Of a stretch of DNA of 64,000 nucleotides, positions 13,049 to 26,089 are shown one piece after another (position 1 is the stretch's first letter; each line of letters opens with the position of its first letter). Position numbers and translations under genes: made by a program. The notes beneath the pieces are model-generated. The model was not told the DNA's origin. It ran no database searches and was given only the letters and a program-made list of their open reading frames with translations. The DNA comes from Eledone cirrhosa (taxonomy: Eukaryota), in assembly GCA_964016885.1 (NCBI GenBank), contig OZ024746.1, forward strand, positions 9,796,001 through 9,860,000, in the 5' to 3' direction.

Positions 13049-15319
13049 GAGAGAGAGATTCATATGCCTGCTGCCATCACAACTAGATGGTTATATATGG
13101 CCGGCCAGCAGCATATCCCAATGATTGCATAACTGCAACTATGATTGCATAAGAATCTGAAGTCACATGCATAACCATGTAACAGAAATGTATATTATGC
13201 AATAAAGCAATTATGGTGAAATAATCTCGTCTTAACAATTCTTATTTGATATAAATATATATATATATATATAAAGAGTTTACATCAATTTTCTAAGTTG
13301 GCATGGGTTGGAACAGTTGCCACCATTCAAGACTAGACAGCTCAGGTGACTACATCCTACTCATGAATTCCTTGGCACCAGCATTACTACTAAAACAGTA
13401 TACTGGGTACATATATGTGCATGTGTGTGTGTGAGTACCAGTTCAATCGGGGGTAACTGCAGTTAGTAAGATAATCCTTATGATTTCTTTTGAATGAAAC
13501 AGTTCTAGTCCTGTAGAAGCCATTTCTATATTAAACATTATATACATATATATATGTGTGTGTGTTAAGATGCAAGTTAATTGTGTCTGTAGGCGGTATG
13601 CCAGGAGAGCACTGATATTTTGTTCCTTTATATTAATACTATTGATACTCTGCTCCCTAAGAGCATTGAGTACTCACCCGGTATATATATACACACATAT
13701 TGAAGAAATAAAAAACAAACCCATGAATGTAAAAAACACACAGTCTTATTAGGTTCACCCTTAGGAGGAAGTAGAGGAGTGTTCAGCACTTCGGACGGAA
13801 GTCCTTCACTGGGAAATGGAGAGTTTGGAGAGAGAAGAGGGCACATACAAAAAGTAAACAGAAATAACAAAGCAAATGACACAGTCCAAAAAGAAATATA
13901 TTAGTTTAACACTTGATTTAGTAGGAAAAAAGTCTTAACGTTTCAGACACTAATCTTCCATCAGAAAATAGAATGTGAAATAAAAGATGAAATAGAAGAA
14001 TAGAGAATGAGAAAAGGTAGGAAAAGAAAAAAAAAATTGAGAAAAAAACGTGTGTATTCAGTCAGCCATTTTAAATAAGCAGGCCTTGAGGAACATGTAC
14101 TATGACAATTTAATGAACCTAACCTTCACCTATTTCAACTTGCATCTTTTTTTCTTTGTTATAAAAACAAAATCTTGATTTTTTTTTTTCTCTATTTTTG
14201 TCATTGATAGGATATTGCAATATAATTGAGCTGTAACATTTGTTTCTTTCTTTCACACATTTCTTATTGCAACTAAGAAATGTGTGAAAGGCAAAATTAG
14301 GAAAAGATTGAAAAAAATGCCAAAAAATGACTCTGTGAAAGAATAGTACTGAATTACTTGGTTATGCAATTTCATCTTGTGCCTTTAATCAAATTGTATC
14401 AAATCTCTTCATGTTATAGTTGAACAGTTTATATTATGATGTGGATCAAATTATGAAGCTTTTGCTGCTTAACACAGACAAAAAATTCAAATTTGCAGGA
14501 TTCTCCAACTTAAGCTTGTATAGAAATAGAAATAAAATGTAAAACATACTGTAAAAGAAATAAAATCTCTGAAAATATGAACCAAATGGAAATGATTAAA
14601 AGCAAAGCAAAAAAGCAGTATAATATAGAGAAAAGTCACCAAAGAAAGCTAAAAAAAATCTCATTTTAGAAAGGAGAGTTTTTCTAGGAAGAAGGTATAT
14701 ATTTCATAAAAGATGCTCATTAGATATAGGCTTCAAAGGCTTCTCGTCTTTAAACAGTACACTAATTTTAGAGAGAGATGCTTTTTTTGTTTGTTTGTTG
14801 ATGTTGGGGAGGGGGGGGGGTATGAAGATAAGGAAACCAAATTTTAGATGATATTTCTCTCCTTTTTTCCTTCATCCCTTCCACATAGAATTTATTTATA
14901 CATCTTTTTTCATTAATTCTTCTACGTTTTGCTTTATATTAGATATTTTTCTTTCTTAACCAACCAATAAATGTTCCTGAGGGCATATGACTGGGGATAG
15001 AAATTTTTATTTTTTTCTTATATATATGTGTATTACGCGCTTATATGTGTGTGTGTATAAGTATATGTATGTATATATGCATATGTATATATATATATAT
15101 GTGTGTGTGTGTGTATGGTTATAGGTAGGAGTAATGAGCAGAGGGGTCTGGGTTCTGGAGGACTCTGGAGAGGGATGGATTTGCTAGAGTAGGGGTAGTA
15201 AGGTAGAGTAGGGGTAGCTAGCCAAGTTCAAATATTTTCTGTTAGGCTACAAGTTCTGTTGTTGAAGTGTTTGGGGTGTATGGTCTATTATCTTCCAGGG
15301 CCGTTTGCTGATTTAAGAT

Positions 15320-15528
15320 AGAGACAGGATTTCTAAATCTAGTGTCTGCATTTAGTCGTTATTTCCAATTTTTTTCTTAGTCAGTGGGCCTTTTTGCAAT
15401 AAAATGCTGTGCTTCAGCCGAGCAGAAGGTTGCAAGGGCCTCCCCACCCTTGTATGGCCTGGCTAGCTAAAGTGGTATGGTATTCTCTTTTCACATAAGC
15501 TTGAGACAAAGCTGAAGAGGCTTGTGTA
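15320..15528 (-). mobile_element. Decayed Penelope-like element ORF C-terminus (post-GIY-YIG region)
   Basis: Minus-strand frameshifted translation TSLFSFVSSLCEKRIPYHFS*/ARPYKGG/PCNL/CSAEAQH/ILLQKGPLTKKKLEITTKCRH*. This matches the recalled PLE pattern TxLS...W...ARPY...CxLC..E...LNK+xE+xxKCRH. Confidence 0.7.
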
Positions 15529-15557
15529 AGTATATATATATACATGTATATATATAT

Positions 15558-15748
15558 AGGAAAAAGTATGACCCCGACGGCAGAGCTCAAGCCGTTTCGA
15601 TGGCTATTTCAGTCCAGAAATAGCCGTCGAAAGGGCTTGGGCTCTGCCGTCGGGGTCATACTTTTTCTTATTTCCCACTCTACTACCCTAAGTATTGAGT
15701 ACTCTGGTGCGTTATGGTCCACCTGGTTCCTTACCACAATTCCTTTAT
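15558..15748. mobile_element. Fold-back element family H3 in (TA)n (partial copy at 16105-16265)
   Basis: Near-perfect hairpin with about 53-bp arms (15558-15669, loop agtcca) plus a tail shared with the 16.1-kb copy. Confidence 0.8.
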
Positions 15749-16020
15749 GTATATATATATATATATATAGATATATATATCATCCTCAGTGTTTGTCTAT
15801 TTCCCATGCTTGCATACATTCGACTGGTTGTGACCATGTCTTGTTTATACAAATTTGCTTTGTTTTTTTGCTTGATTTCTATGATTGGATGTCCTTCCTT
15901 TTGCCAACCACACTGCAACACTACAATGTGGACTGGAAGGTCTTTGACAACACCATTGTAGCGTTTGATAGGAGATGTGTACCAGGATGGGGGGTGTATG
16001 TATATATATATGTGTATATG

Positions 16021-16108
<88 letters not shown>

Positions 16109-16279
16109 AACAAGTAGGACCCCGACGGCTGAGCTCAAGCCGTTTCGACGGCTAATTCTGGACTAATTTAGTCCGACTCGTTCCTATTACCCACTCTACT
16201 ACCCTAAGTATTGAGTACTTTGGTGCGTTATGGTCCACTTGGTTCCTTACCACATTGCTTTCGTTATATATATATACAC

Positions 16280-16350
<71 letters not shown>

Positions 16351-16619
16351 CAGCTGTAGGAATCAAGCCAGAATCAGTTCGTGTATGTGCAAGACAAGGT
16401 CAGCCGACCTGACACTACCCACAACAGGACAACCCGTCTAACCCATGCTAGCATGGAAGAATGGATGTAAACCGGTGATGATGATGATATATATACATAT
16501 ATATTCATCATCATCATCTATATGTTGCTGTGAATAAATATGTGTTTGTGTGTATATATATATATGTGTATATATACATATGTTTGTATATACATCATAT
16601 GTAATATATGTATATGTAT

Positions 16620-17234
16620 GCCACAACATCCAGGCCAAAACAAATGAGATCGTGTAGGTGTCACGACAAAAAAACACACAGTCCACGCTGTAAATGTGGC
16701 CGTGTAGGCAACACGGTAAAAACCTGCCAGCCCCACACTGTAAATGTGGTTAGTGTTAGGAAGGGCATCCAGCTGTAGAAAACCCGCCAGACAGTCCACG
16801 CTGTAATGTGGCCATGTAGGCAACACGGTAAAAACCTCCCAGACCCACACTGTAAATGTGGTTGGTGTTAGGAAGGGCATCCAGCTGTAGAAAACCCGCC
16901 AGACAGTCCACGCTGTAATGTGGCCATGTAGGCAACACGGTAAAAACCTCCCAGACCCACACTGTAAATGTGGTTAGTGTTAGGAAGGGCATCCAGCTGT
17001 AGAAAACCCGCCAGACAGTCCACGCTGTAATGTGGCCATGTAGGCAACACGGTAAAAACCTCCCAGACCCACACTGTAAATGTGGTTGGTGTTAGGAAGG
17101 GCATCCAGCTGTAGAAAACCTGCCAGACAGTCCTATGTGAGCAAGACAATCACTCTTGCCTCAAGTGGGAAAACCCCCGTCCAAACCCATGCAAGCGTGG
17201 AACAGGGACGTTAAACGATGATGATGATGATGAT
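16620..17234 (+). mobile_element. Short retroposon family D with internal 112-bp tandem repeat (x4) and RTE-like (GAT)n tail
   Basis: ggaagggcatcc at 16759, 16871, 16983 and 17095. Tail catgcaagcgtggaa...gacgttaaacgatgatgat. Confidence 0.85.
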
Positions 17235-18039
17235 GTATGCATATATGTGTATGTATATATATATATATATGTATATGTGTGCATATATGTGTATATATAT
17301 ATATATATAATTTTATTATTTTTGTTTTCTGTCCAACCCATCTATTACTTTCATGATCGTCATCAAATCTTTTCATATTGTGTGGAATGATTCTGCTCTG
17401 CCAGGGGAAAGCAAGCCAACATCCAGAAGATATTATACCCATTGAACCAGATATTGTTAAGGGAAGGAAAGGAAGAGCACCAAAATATCAATGTTGTCCA
17501 AACCTGCACAGAACACGATATCAATTACAATTTAATGTTACCATATTGGTTTTACTGGGGAATATTGGTTTTTGGTTTCCAGTGAACTGACACAGAAAAA
17601 AAGAAATTTAAGGAAAGTAAGAAAGAAAGCAAAAACTGACAGACATCTCATAACTGATTCAACCTTTGGCTTCATAGAAAACAGATATAAAATGATGATG
17701 ATGATTGTGTTTGTGAATATATCATCATTTGATGTATGCTTTCCTTGCTAACAAGGGTTGGATGGGTCTTCTCAGATTGAGTCAGTACTGAAACGACACA
17801 ACTGATCTCCCACATGAGTCAGGGTTCTACATCTTGATAACATGGGAACCCTAACTTTATCAAGTGCTTTTTATCATAGTATCAGTACTACAGATGTTGT
17901 CATGTCTTTGACACAACTGAAGGAGTTTCCCAATCTTTTGTTTTGTAACCTTCACTGGATGCCTTTCCTATCACCGACCAATTTACAGAATCTGCTGGAT
18001 GCGTTTATCATGTAGATCACAGACTTTAGATAGATTTGT

Positions 18040-18236
18040 ATATCTATCTATCTATATATACTTATATATATACATATATTTATATATATATATATACATG
18101 TATGTATATATAAATATGTGTGTGTATATATATATGTATATATAAATGTATATATACATATCTATATATATGTATATATATATATACATCTATATATATG
18201 TATATATATATATGTATGTATATATATATATATATA

Positions 18237-18272
<36 letters not shown>

Positions 18273-18503
18273 AGTGTATATATATATGTGTATATATATA
18301 TATATATGTATGTATATATATGTATATATGTATAAATATGTATATGTATATATATGTATATATATATATATGTATATATATGTATATATGTATAAATATG
18401 TATATGTATATATATGTATATATATATATATATATGTATATATATGGATATATATATATATATATATATAATATATATATATATATGTGTATATATGTGT
18501 ATA

Positions 18504-18534
<31 letters not shown>

Positions 18535-18636
18535 GTATAATATATATGTGTATATATATGTATATATATGTGTATATATATATGTATATATGTGTATATG
18601 TATATATATATATGTATATATACATATATATATATA
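18040..18636. repeat. (TA)n/(TATG) microsatellite array
   Basis: Visible. Confidence 0.95.
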
Positions 18637-19686
18637 TAACTTTGAATAACTTTGAAATGTTTTGGCCAGTATTGGCCCAGGCCATGTCTAACTTAATAGC
18701 ACCACCTGGCGAAGTCTTTCAATTCAGGATTTGGGCACCATGGCCCATTCGAGAAGAGAATTACTGTTTGCGGAGACATATCCGGGTGTGGGTGGTTTGT
18801 CCGGGATTACTTGGAGGAATTTGTCCAAAGACTTCTTGAATTTTGTGTGGTCAGTTTCTGTTTTGACGTGTCCTGGTGTGATGTTGAAGAGAGCAGGGCC
18901 GATTGAGGTGAAATAATTGTGCCGTATTGTTGTTATGAGTTGCGATTTAGATTTTTGAATGGGACGGATAGCACGGGGCCCAAGCCTTGGGTGTATCTTG
19001 AAGGCGATGCCAACATCATTTGGGCAGTGATGATGGAACATTTTCCACATCATGCAGATAATATAACGCTCACGGCGACGTTGGAGTGAGTAAAGTTTCA
19101 GGTTTTCCAATCGACCCCAGTAGTCAAGGTCTGACATGCCATCTATCTTTTTCGTGATTGCCCTTTGAGGAGCTTCAAGTTTCATGATACTTTGTTTCGT
19201 GTGGGGAGACCACAGTGGACAACAGTATTCAAGGTGTGGTCGGGCGAAAGTAGAGAAGAGAAGGATAATGGTGCGGGAATCTCTCGACTGGAAGGTTCTG
19301 AGGATCCAGGAACACATTCTGCGGGCCATGTCAACTTTGCTGCTTATATGCGTGGTCCAGCTTATGTTGCTGTCCACGGTTACTCCCAAGTCTCTGATGT
19401 TGTTAGATGCCACGAGAGTTTCCCCGGAGGGAAGGGAGTACGGGAGTTTCAGAGCATCCTCTTTTCCAAAGTGGATCAGTTCGAATTTGTCTTCGTTCAG
19501 TAACATGTTGTTCTTTTCTGCCCATTGGGTAACAGCCAGTAGGTCTGACTGAAGGCTTATCCGGTCATCCACGCCATTGATGACCTTTTGGAGCTTGGAA
19601 TCATCAGCGAAAATTTTAATGTTGCTGTGTTTGATGATGTCAGTGATGTCATTAATATAGATGATGAAGAGAAGTGGGCCCAACAC
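18637..19686 (-). mobile_element. 5'-truncated CR1-group non-LTR retrotransposon (RT C-terminal half, open frame)
   Basis: [13 protein letters not shown]...FADD...[10 protein letters not shown]...[10 protein letters not shown]...FKKSLDKFL, with no stop before 18724. The 3' UTR has a ggcca-atac-tggcc stem-loop and a (TTCAAAGTTA)2 tail. Confidence 0.92.
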
Positions 19687-20081
19687 ATATATATATATAT
19701 GTATATATGTATATATATATATGTATATATATACATATATATATGTATATATATATATGTATATATATATATGTATATATATGTGTATATATATATATAT
19801 GTATATATGTGTATATGTATATATATATATATATGTAAATATACATATATATACATATATGTATATATATGTATACATATATATTTATATATATACACAT
19901 GTATATATATGTATATATATGTATATATACATATATATATACACATATATACATATATATGTATATATATATATATGTATATATATGTATATATACATAT
20001 ATATATATATGTATATATATATACATATATATATATGTATATATGTATATATATATATATATGTATATATATGTATATATA

Positions 20082-20112
<31 letters not shown>

Positions 20113-20145
20113 GTATATATATATACATATATATATGTATATATG

Positions 20146-20176
<31 letters not shown>

Positions 20177-20466
20177 GTATATATATATATATATACATAT
20201 ATATACATATATATATATATATGTATATATATGTATATATATATGTATATATATATATGTATATATATGTATATATATATATGTATATATATGTATATAT
20301 ATATATATGTATATATATATATACATATATATATATACATATATATATGTATATATATATATATGTATATATATATATGTATATATATATACATATATAT
20401 ACATATATATATGTATATATATATATATGTATATATATGTATGTATATATATATGTGTATATATAT

Positions 20467-20500
<34 letters not shown>
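19687..20500. repeat. (TA)n/(TATG/TACA) microsatellite array
   Basis: Visible. Confidence 0.95.
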
Positions 20501-20544
20501 AAATGGAAAACGAAGAATCAGTGATGCATTGGAACACAATTTAT

Positions 20545-20616
20545 CACGTATTACAATTGTTTCACCGGCAAACAGCTCGAGGCGCGATCTGGATTCGCGA
20601 GTTCCTCAGATACGTG
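20545..20616 (-). ncRNA. Type I hammerhead ribozyme motif (H4)
   Basis: Minus strand: cacgtat-CTGAGGA-act...ggt-GAAA-caattg-TA-atacgtg. Perfect 7-bp stem I and palindromic stem III ACAATTGT. Confidence 0.72.
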
Positions 20617-21016
20617 TTGTGATTTAGAAGCAAATACATATTACTGACCTCTTCCTCTTAGGTTAGATATTCCCATGTACTCTTTAACTGTACTATTTTT
20701 TATATTTTCAATAAAATTTCTGAACCAAATGTCTGAGGCTGAATGTCAAAACGGATCTATTATATTGAGGCTAATACTATGGAGTCCAATAACAGATATT
20801 GATTAGTCAATATATCGATAATAGCTTGCTGTATTTGGCTTTGAAACGATCGTGAAACAATAGATCAATTACATACTTTGACTTTACTGTTTTCTTTGTT
20901 CAAGCTTATACATACACATATATAAATCTATAACACATATGTGTGTGTGTGTGTCAAATATATAAATATGCATGTACACATACATAAATGCGTATGTGTG
21001 TATCTATCTATATATG

Positions 21017-21076
<60 letters not shown>

Positions 21077-21202
21077 TGTCTTTCTGTTGATTTTTTTTTC
21101 CATTGTCTTTGTCCAGTGTGAATCCTATTTTGAATATATATTCTAAAGACTTAGTGATGCAGGGCTTTTTGGACTATATATATTATATATATTGTTGTTT
21201 AC

Positions 21203-21432
21203 TCGAGAGAAGGCTACATTGGTATGGTCACGTGATGCGCATGAAAGACGACAGCTGTATAAAAAAGTGCAGGGCAATAAAAATAGACGGTAGCCACGGA
21301 GTAGGCAGACCCAGAAAAACCTGGGACGACTTGATAAATTCCGACCTCACACACTTACACCTCTCCAAGACAATGTCACTGGACCGAGAGCTTTGGCACT
21401 ACACAGTAATAGAGAAGACCCGCCTTGCCTAA
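21203..21432 (+). mobile_element. RTE-clade LINE ORF C-terminal fragment
   Basis: ERRLHWYGHVMRM...GRPRKTWDDLINSDL...DRELW motif. Confidence 0.85.
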
Positions 21433-21546
21433 GTACAAAGTAAAACCTACTACAGTCAGTAGGCACCTCTAACAAAATACACCCCCGTCCCACTACCCCC
21501 ACCCCCATCCACACCACCCCTTTCAATGTAAAGTTATGTTGGTACT

Positions 21547-21930
21547 ACAACATCCAGGTCGAAACAAATGAGGTTGTGTAGGTGTCACGACAAAAAAAAC
21601 ACACAGTCCACGCTGTAATGTGGCCGTGTAGGTAACACGGTAAAAACCTCCCAGTTCCACACTGTAAATGTGGTTGGTGTTAGGAAGGGCATCCAGCCGT
21701 AGAAAACCCGCCAGACAGTCCACGCTGTAAATGTGGCCATGTAGGCAACACGGTAAAAACCTCCCAGTTCCACACTGTAAATGTGGTTGGTGTTAGGAAG
21801 GGCATCCAGCCGTAGAGAACCCGCCAGACAGTCGTATACGAGCAAGACAACCAATCTTGCCTCACGTGGGAAAACTCCCGTCCAAACCCATGCAAAGCGT
21901 GGAATATGGACGTTAAATGATGATGATGAT
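21547..21930 (+). mobile_element. Family D retroposon, 2 internal repeat units
   Basis: Homologous to 16620-17234. ggaagggcatcc at 21683 and 21796. Confidence 0.85.
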
Positions 21931-22169
21931 ATTATATGTATATATACATACATCATCATTATTTTATGTCTATGTTTCCACAGGTAAGACAGGTCATTTT
22001 CAGTACCTTGTAGAATGTGTATATCACTGAAACTCTGTGTTTTCTATGAACATCTATACAGACAAAGTTTTCTTTCCCTGTTAACCTTGCTACTATGCCA
22101 CCACACCTCTACTGAACCAAAGATTTACACTATGTATATTGTATAGAGTTTCTACCTACTCCTTTCCTA

Positions 22170-22233
22170 TACATATATGTATGTATATATATGTATGTGC
22201 GTGTGTATATATATTTATATATATATATATTTA

Positions 22234-22266
<33 letters not shown>

Positions 22267-22274
22267 ATATATTG

Positions 22275-22343
<69 letters not shown>

Positions 22344-22374
22344 TATTTATATATATTTATATATATATATATTT

Positions 22375-22406
<32 letters not shown>

Positions 22407-22546
22407 TTATACATATTTATATATATATATGTTTATACATATTTATATATATATATATATATTTATACATATTTATATATATATATATATTTATTTATAT
22501 ATATTTATATATATTTATATATATAATATATATATTTATATATATT

Positions 22547-22577
<31 letters not shown>

Positions 22578-22595
22578 TTATATATATAATATATA

Positions 22596-22653
<58 letters not shown>

Positions 22654-22660
22654 CATACAT
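22170..22660. repeat. (TA)n/(TATT) microsatellite
   Basis: Visible. Confidence 0.9.
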
Positions 22661-23049
22661 GAAAGACAACAGAAATGATGCAAACAGGATGATAGACACA
22701 TACTTAATGAAATATGAAAACAAACAATCTGATTGATAAACTGGTTTAGAGAGAGACAGACAATTACTTAATGATCAAATACATTAGTAGGAAATGCTCT
22801 TTTAGTTTTTGGCTTTCTATAAGAGCAAAAAGTAAATTCTGCAACAAGCTTTCCCTTTTTCAAATAATACATCCTTTATAAAGAGGTAAGCTTAAGATGG
22901 TGATGGTGATGATGGCTACAGCAATGATGAGGATAACAATACAGATGATAATAAAAAAAAAATGGCAGCTATTTACTCCACTCAGTAGGTGGCTTACATA
23001 TATTTCTAATTGAATTAGGGCAACTAAACATATATAAATAAATAAACAA

Positions 23050-23063
23050 ATATATATATATGC

Positions 23064-23109
<46 letters not shown>

Positions 23110-23183
23110 TTTATATATGCGTATACACACAAATACATGTGTATATCTATATTTATATATATATGTATATATATATATACATG

Positions 23184-23216
<33 letters not shown>

Positions 23217-23406
23217 ACACACACATGTATATATATTTATATATATACACATGTGTATATATATATATATATTTATATATATACACATGTTTATATATAT
23301 ATTTATATATATATACACATGTATATATATATATATTTATATATATACATGAATATATATATATATTTATATATATACATAGATATATATATATATATAT
23401 ATACAC

Positions 23407-23439
<33 letters not shown>

Positions 23440-23458
23440 CACATATATATATATATAT

Positions 23459-23518
<60 letters not shown>

Positions 23519-23566
23519 GTATATATATATACACACACACACGTGTGTGTGTGTATATGTGTATAC
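23050..23566. repeat. (TA)n/(CA) microsatellite
   Basis: Visible. Confidence 0.9.
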
Positions 23567-24295
23567 AGGGAGATAGAAAGAGAGTAGAAAGTGTAAGGTA
23601 GGCAGTGATGGCAATGATGCTCAGGTACAATATTAAGTGGGAAGCCCGCTGATCATGGTGATAATAGAACAATAATGTGATATCCTAATAATAGTGGTGA
23701 TAAAAACAACAGCGCATCAATTAGATGATATCTACCATTTATCTCATGATGTCACTTGTGATATAGATAAAGAGAAGGAATGGGAATAGAGATCTGATTG
23801 ATGATATTATCAGCCCGGATATAAGCAATAATAATAACCATAATAGTGAGAAAGAGAATGATTACAACAATGTTTTTTTATGAGGTTTTGTTGTTGTTTT
23901 TCTTTGATTCAACAATTCCTCCATAACAGAAATGTTATATAGCTAAAGGGGGAAAAAATAAGAATGAAAGAAAATAAAATTTAAAAAAAAATGGAGGTCA
24001 AAACAAATGTGTTTCCATCTTTATATAGAATCAAACATGTTATTTCTCTTTTATGTCTGATGTTTGTTAATGAATGAAACATTAATTGTTATTTAGTTAT
24101 TCATTAATATCATTATTTATAAAACAAACCATAACAATCTTTTGATATTGTTGTTATGTTTCCTTTTATACCTGCAGAAACCCAATTTTGTACCATCCTG
24201 TACAGTTCTTAATGTTTTCCTTTATGTAAACCCTTGTGGTTAATAAAGAAATGCTTTATAAAGCAAATCATCACAATCATTATTATTATTATTAT

Positions 24296-24560
24296 TAAAA
24301 TAAAGTACCAATAATGCACTGGGTAATTGCTGGCCTTGTGCCAAAAGTAGAAACAATTATTATTATTATTATTGATGATGGATTGGCAGTATTGGTAGAG
24401 CCGGGCGCCATGCTTTGCAGCATAGAGTTATGTTCCTTTTCGGTCTGAGTTCAAATCCCACCAAGGCTAACTTTGCCTTTCATCCTTACAGGGTTGATAA
24501 AATAAAGTACCAGTAATGCACTGGGATAATTGCTAGCCTTGTGCCAAAAGTAGAAATAAT
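24296..24560 (+). mobile_element. Two tandem SINE family A copies
   Basis: 3' fragment at 24296-24360, then a copy at 24382-24560 flanked by tattattattgatgatgg (24364-24381 and 24561-24578). Confidence 0.85.
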
Positions 24561-24699
24561 TATTATTATTGATGATGGTTTTCACAGTAAATATGGTAAT
24601 TACAAGATCTTTTTACTGCCTGTCAAGTTTCAACAAGGGCCTTAATTAGTGCTTTTCTGAGTATATGTACAGCACCCAGCAGGGCAGACATTTGTAAGA

Positions 24700-25420
24700 G
24701 AGTAATTGTGGATAGAACAAGTACTGTTTGTGTTGGGTCATTGTATTAAATGTTTCTTGTGGACTGTGCCTAGCAGGACTATCTTTCAAAATGCATATAA
24801 TGTTTTGAATGTTGGTATAGTTTACATGGTTTTGTTCATATTTTTTGTTACCTTACTTAATGCTTCAATCATTATTTACTTTTATGCCCCATCTTCTATT
24901 TATTCTATTTTAAAAACATTTGTATATGACAGTATCTTCTTGGTCAGAAGAAATTAACATGTTTATCGCAGTACTCATATTTTCATCCCTATTTTTATTA
25001 TCTAGATAGTTTGTCTGGATGTCTTTGTTAGTCCAGACAGGCAGGACTCAGATGATTGAATCATTTACTGTGTTTGATACATGTTTATACCACTTTATAA
25101 CGTCAAAATGTTGGTATATTGCCTCATAGATATAGCTGACAAATTGATCACATCTATGAATATACTTGAACTTGGCAAGGTTTGGTATCTGGAAATGCTG
25201 TAAGCTATCTCATTGTATTGGTTGCACAGTTTTCTGTTAATGTTTGCATCTTTGTTCATGGTTTTATTTTTGTGGTTGTCTGTTGCTAGGCATTGGGCCT
25301 GTGCAGCTAAAATTACACTTTCTGTTTCTGATTTTAGCTTAGAGCTTTTGAGCCATTGCAGGCTTTCACACTGATTTACTTCCTCTCTTTCAAATCTTGC
25401 AGAGTATTGACTGTGCAGTA
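24700..25420 (-). mobile_element. Decayed R4/Dong-like (RLE) LINE 3' region
   Basis: QWLKSSKLKSETESVILAAQAQCLAT...KLCNQYNE and, near 24790-24760, KIVLLGTVH, resembling R4-clade C-terminal motifs. Confidence 0.65.
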
Positions 25421-26089
25421 TTTTTGTTTTTTTTTTTGTTTTTTTTTCTCCAATTTTCTTTTCAGCCATTATCGATCATCATCCACTTTTTATGTCTACT
25501 TTTTTATACTTGAATGGGTTGGACAAGATATTGTGAGGCAATGTTTTACAATTGGATACCCTTCTTGATACCAACCCTTTTAGTTGCCTCATACAACATG
25601 ATGGATACAGTATAACTATTCTAAAATCCAGGCTAAAATTCCATTTTGATTTTTTCTTTGATTTTTAACCTTTTTTTTAATGTAGTTGCTTTCCAAATAC
25701 CTTTCATTACCTTTCACAAATAACAATGGAGAATAAATATGTCTATATGATAAGACAGTAAGCATACACGTACACCAGGTTCAAACACTGAGGAGCTGAA
25801 CTCCTACTGTTATTGCCTCCCTCTCTCTCGCCCTCCTCATCTTTCACTATTGTAAGCAAATGGGGTCCCACACATTACCTTATATATAGAGAGAAAAGAT
25901 TTTTTTGTCATTTTGTTTTTTTCTTCATGTTTCTTTCTAAGTTTCCCTTTATTTGCTTCAAAGTATTTTTCTAGTTACGCTGTGGTAATTTTGTGGTAAT
26001 TTCATATTTGTATCAAACGCTGTCTTCTTTGTATGTGGAGTATGTATACTTCAGTATACTGTTGGTAGTTTCATAATATTTATGCCTAA

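Noticed and set aside
13165-13202. CTGAAGT...GAAA-tgtata possible hammerhead
   Set aside because: The core is mutated and stem II is not adjacent to GAAA, so it is too degenerate to support.
16678-17132. CRISPR-like regular array
   Set aside because: Whole 112-bp units are near identical with no unique spacers. Eukaryotic intron, no cas genes.
18080-23672. Numerous YI/IY-repeat ORFs (also at 35.6, 42-45 and 53.4 kb)
   Set aside because: Translations of TA or CATA microsatellites. The N-terminal YI stretch of ORF 18724-19878 is likewise not part of the LINE.
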